Shown: in pieces, positions 63,218 to 64,000 of the stretch | Layout of the letters: each line of letters starts with the position of its first letter | Numbering within the stretch: position 1 is the first letter of the stretch | NCBI GenBank assembly: GCA_965644295.1 | Contig: CBFFRP010000202.1 | Coordinates: 63,793-127,792 of the forward strand | DNA length: 64,000 nt | Source of the DNA: Paraphysomonas bandaiensis | Lineage: Eukaryota > Protista > Chrysophyceae | Direction: 5' to 3' | Program-made: the position numbers and the translations under genes | The notes under the pieces: model-generated | Told to the model about the DNA's origin: nothing | What the model saw: the letters and a program-made list of their open reading frames with translations, nothing else | Databases searched by the model: none

Positions 63218-63598
63218 AATATTCGAATCCACAAAAATTGCAAGCACATTTCATGACAACTGCAATCACATTTCAACCCGTTAAACATCGCCATTCCTGC
63301 GAACCAGTGTACAACAGACCTAGCCATCTATACATAGGGAAATTTTACCATCAGCATGCCTAGAACGCCTATGCATCTGCGCCCAATGGCACCCTACGAA
63401 TTCCTCCCCATTCCACAGAAAATCGACGGTGTGTGATAATGGGAAAATAATCGTATATCATAGTCCGGAACGATGAGCAAGCACATAGAGCTGTTCAAAA
63501 CCATCAGAAAGCTTCTCATAATGATGAATGGACTACGAATATCGCACATGCGGTACCAACCCATGCTTCCTAACTCAAACGCTATGACACCGACTACC

Positions 63599-64000
63599 GT
63601 ATGGATATAGGCGTAAACCAACGGGTAGCAATCGCGTAGATCAAAGAAAACGTGTGTTCGAGGGTAAATCCTAGTTGTCTGCCGTCTTGCCCTCGTAATA
63701 ATAATCTGTATCTCTTGTTGTCATCAATCTTATACAAAACAAGCTACATATACCCTACATATTATGTTATCATATCGTTATTGCAGTAATATAGTTATCA
63801 ATATTATTATGATGATGTCATAAAACGTGTAAAAGGGTGTTATAAAAGCCCAGTATGGATATAGGCGTAAACCAACGGGTAGCAATCACAACGTAGATCA
63901 AAGAAAACGTGTGTTCGAGGGTAAATCCTAGTTGTCTACGTCTTGCCCTCGTAATAATAATCTGTATCTCTTGTTGTCACCAATCTTATACAAAACAAGC
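63599..64000 (+). repeat. Tandem LTR-like direct repeat (period ~254 bp; runs off right edge)
   Basis: 63599-63745 is repeated at 63853-64000. The first copy ends CCCTACA (63759); a new unit starts TGTTAT (63765) with TATAAAAG at 63841. Confidence 0.65.

Noticed and set aside
1-64000. Alternative genetic code as the cause of fragmented ORFs; tRNA or rRNA genes
   Set aside because: Short GT-AG introns explain the fragmentation, and TAA, TAG and TGA all end genes normally. No tRNA or rRNA was recognised by eye.

Overview
Gene-dense eukaryotic nuclear DNA with the standard genetic code and many short (about 35-60 nt) GT-AG introns. The gene and transposon content suggests a stramenopile alga or protist (inference). 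Host genes: ERCC6L/PICH-like SNF2 ATPase (runs off the left edge), Nopp140/SRP40, SLC35B2 PAPS transporter, a twin-CX9C protein, BABAM1, an intronless mannitol 2-dehydrogenase, a ~3600-aa coiled-coil protein with a homogenised 141-bp repeat, a fucosyltransferase-like protein, a LEA-like protein, an Ac45/Voa1-like protein, a PTPMT1-like phosphatase, a BRAP2-like protein, a TauE-family transporter and two orphan spliced genes. Mobile DNA: an intact hAT-like ORF, hAT remnants and MITEs, a 4-copy promoter-associated MITE, Crypton-like remnants, a truncated Copia gag-protease and LTR-like repeats. The most striking item is a head-to-head pair of paralogous channel genes (4263-7404 minus, 8544-11647 plus). 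After manual splicing, each encodes two fused TPK/K2P-like modules in one chain (8 TM, 4 pore loops, 2 EF-hand pairs), and all four filters are non-canonical. A second pattern is a strand-polarised AT/ApT-rich zone with RY micro- or minisatellites around the start of most host genes. All gene models were spliced by eye; no database searches were run.
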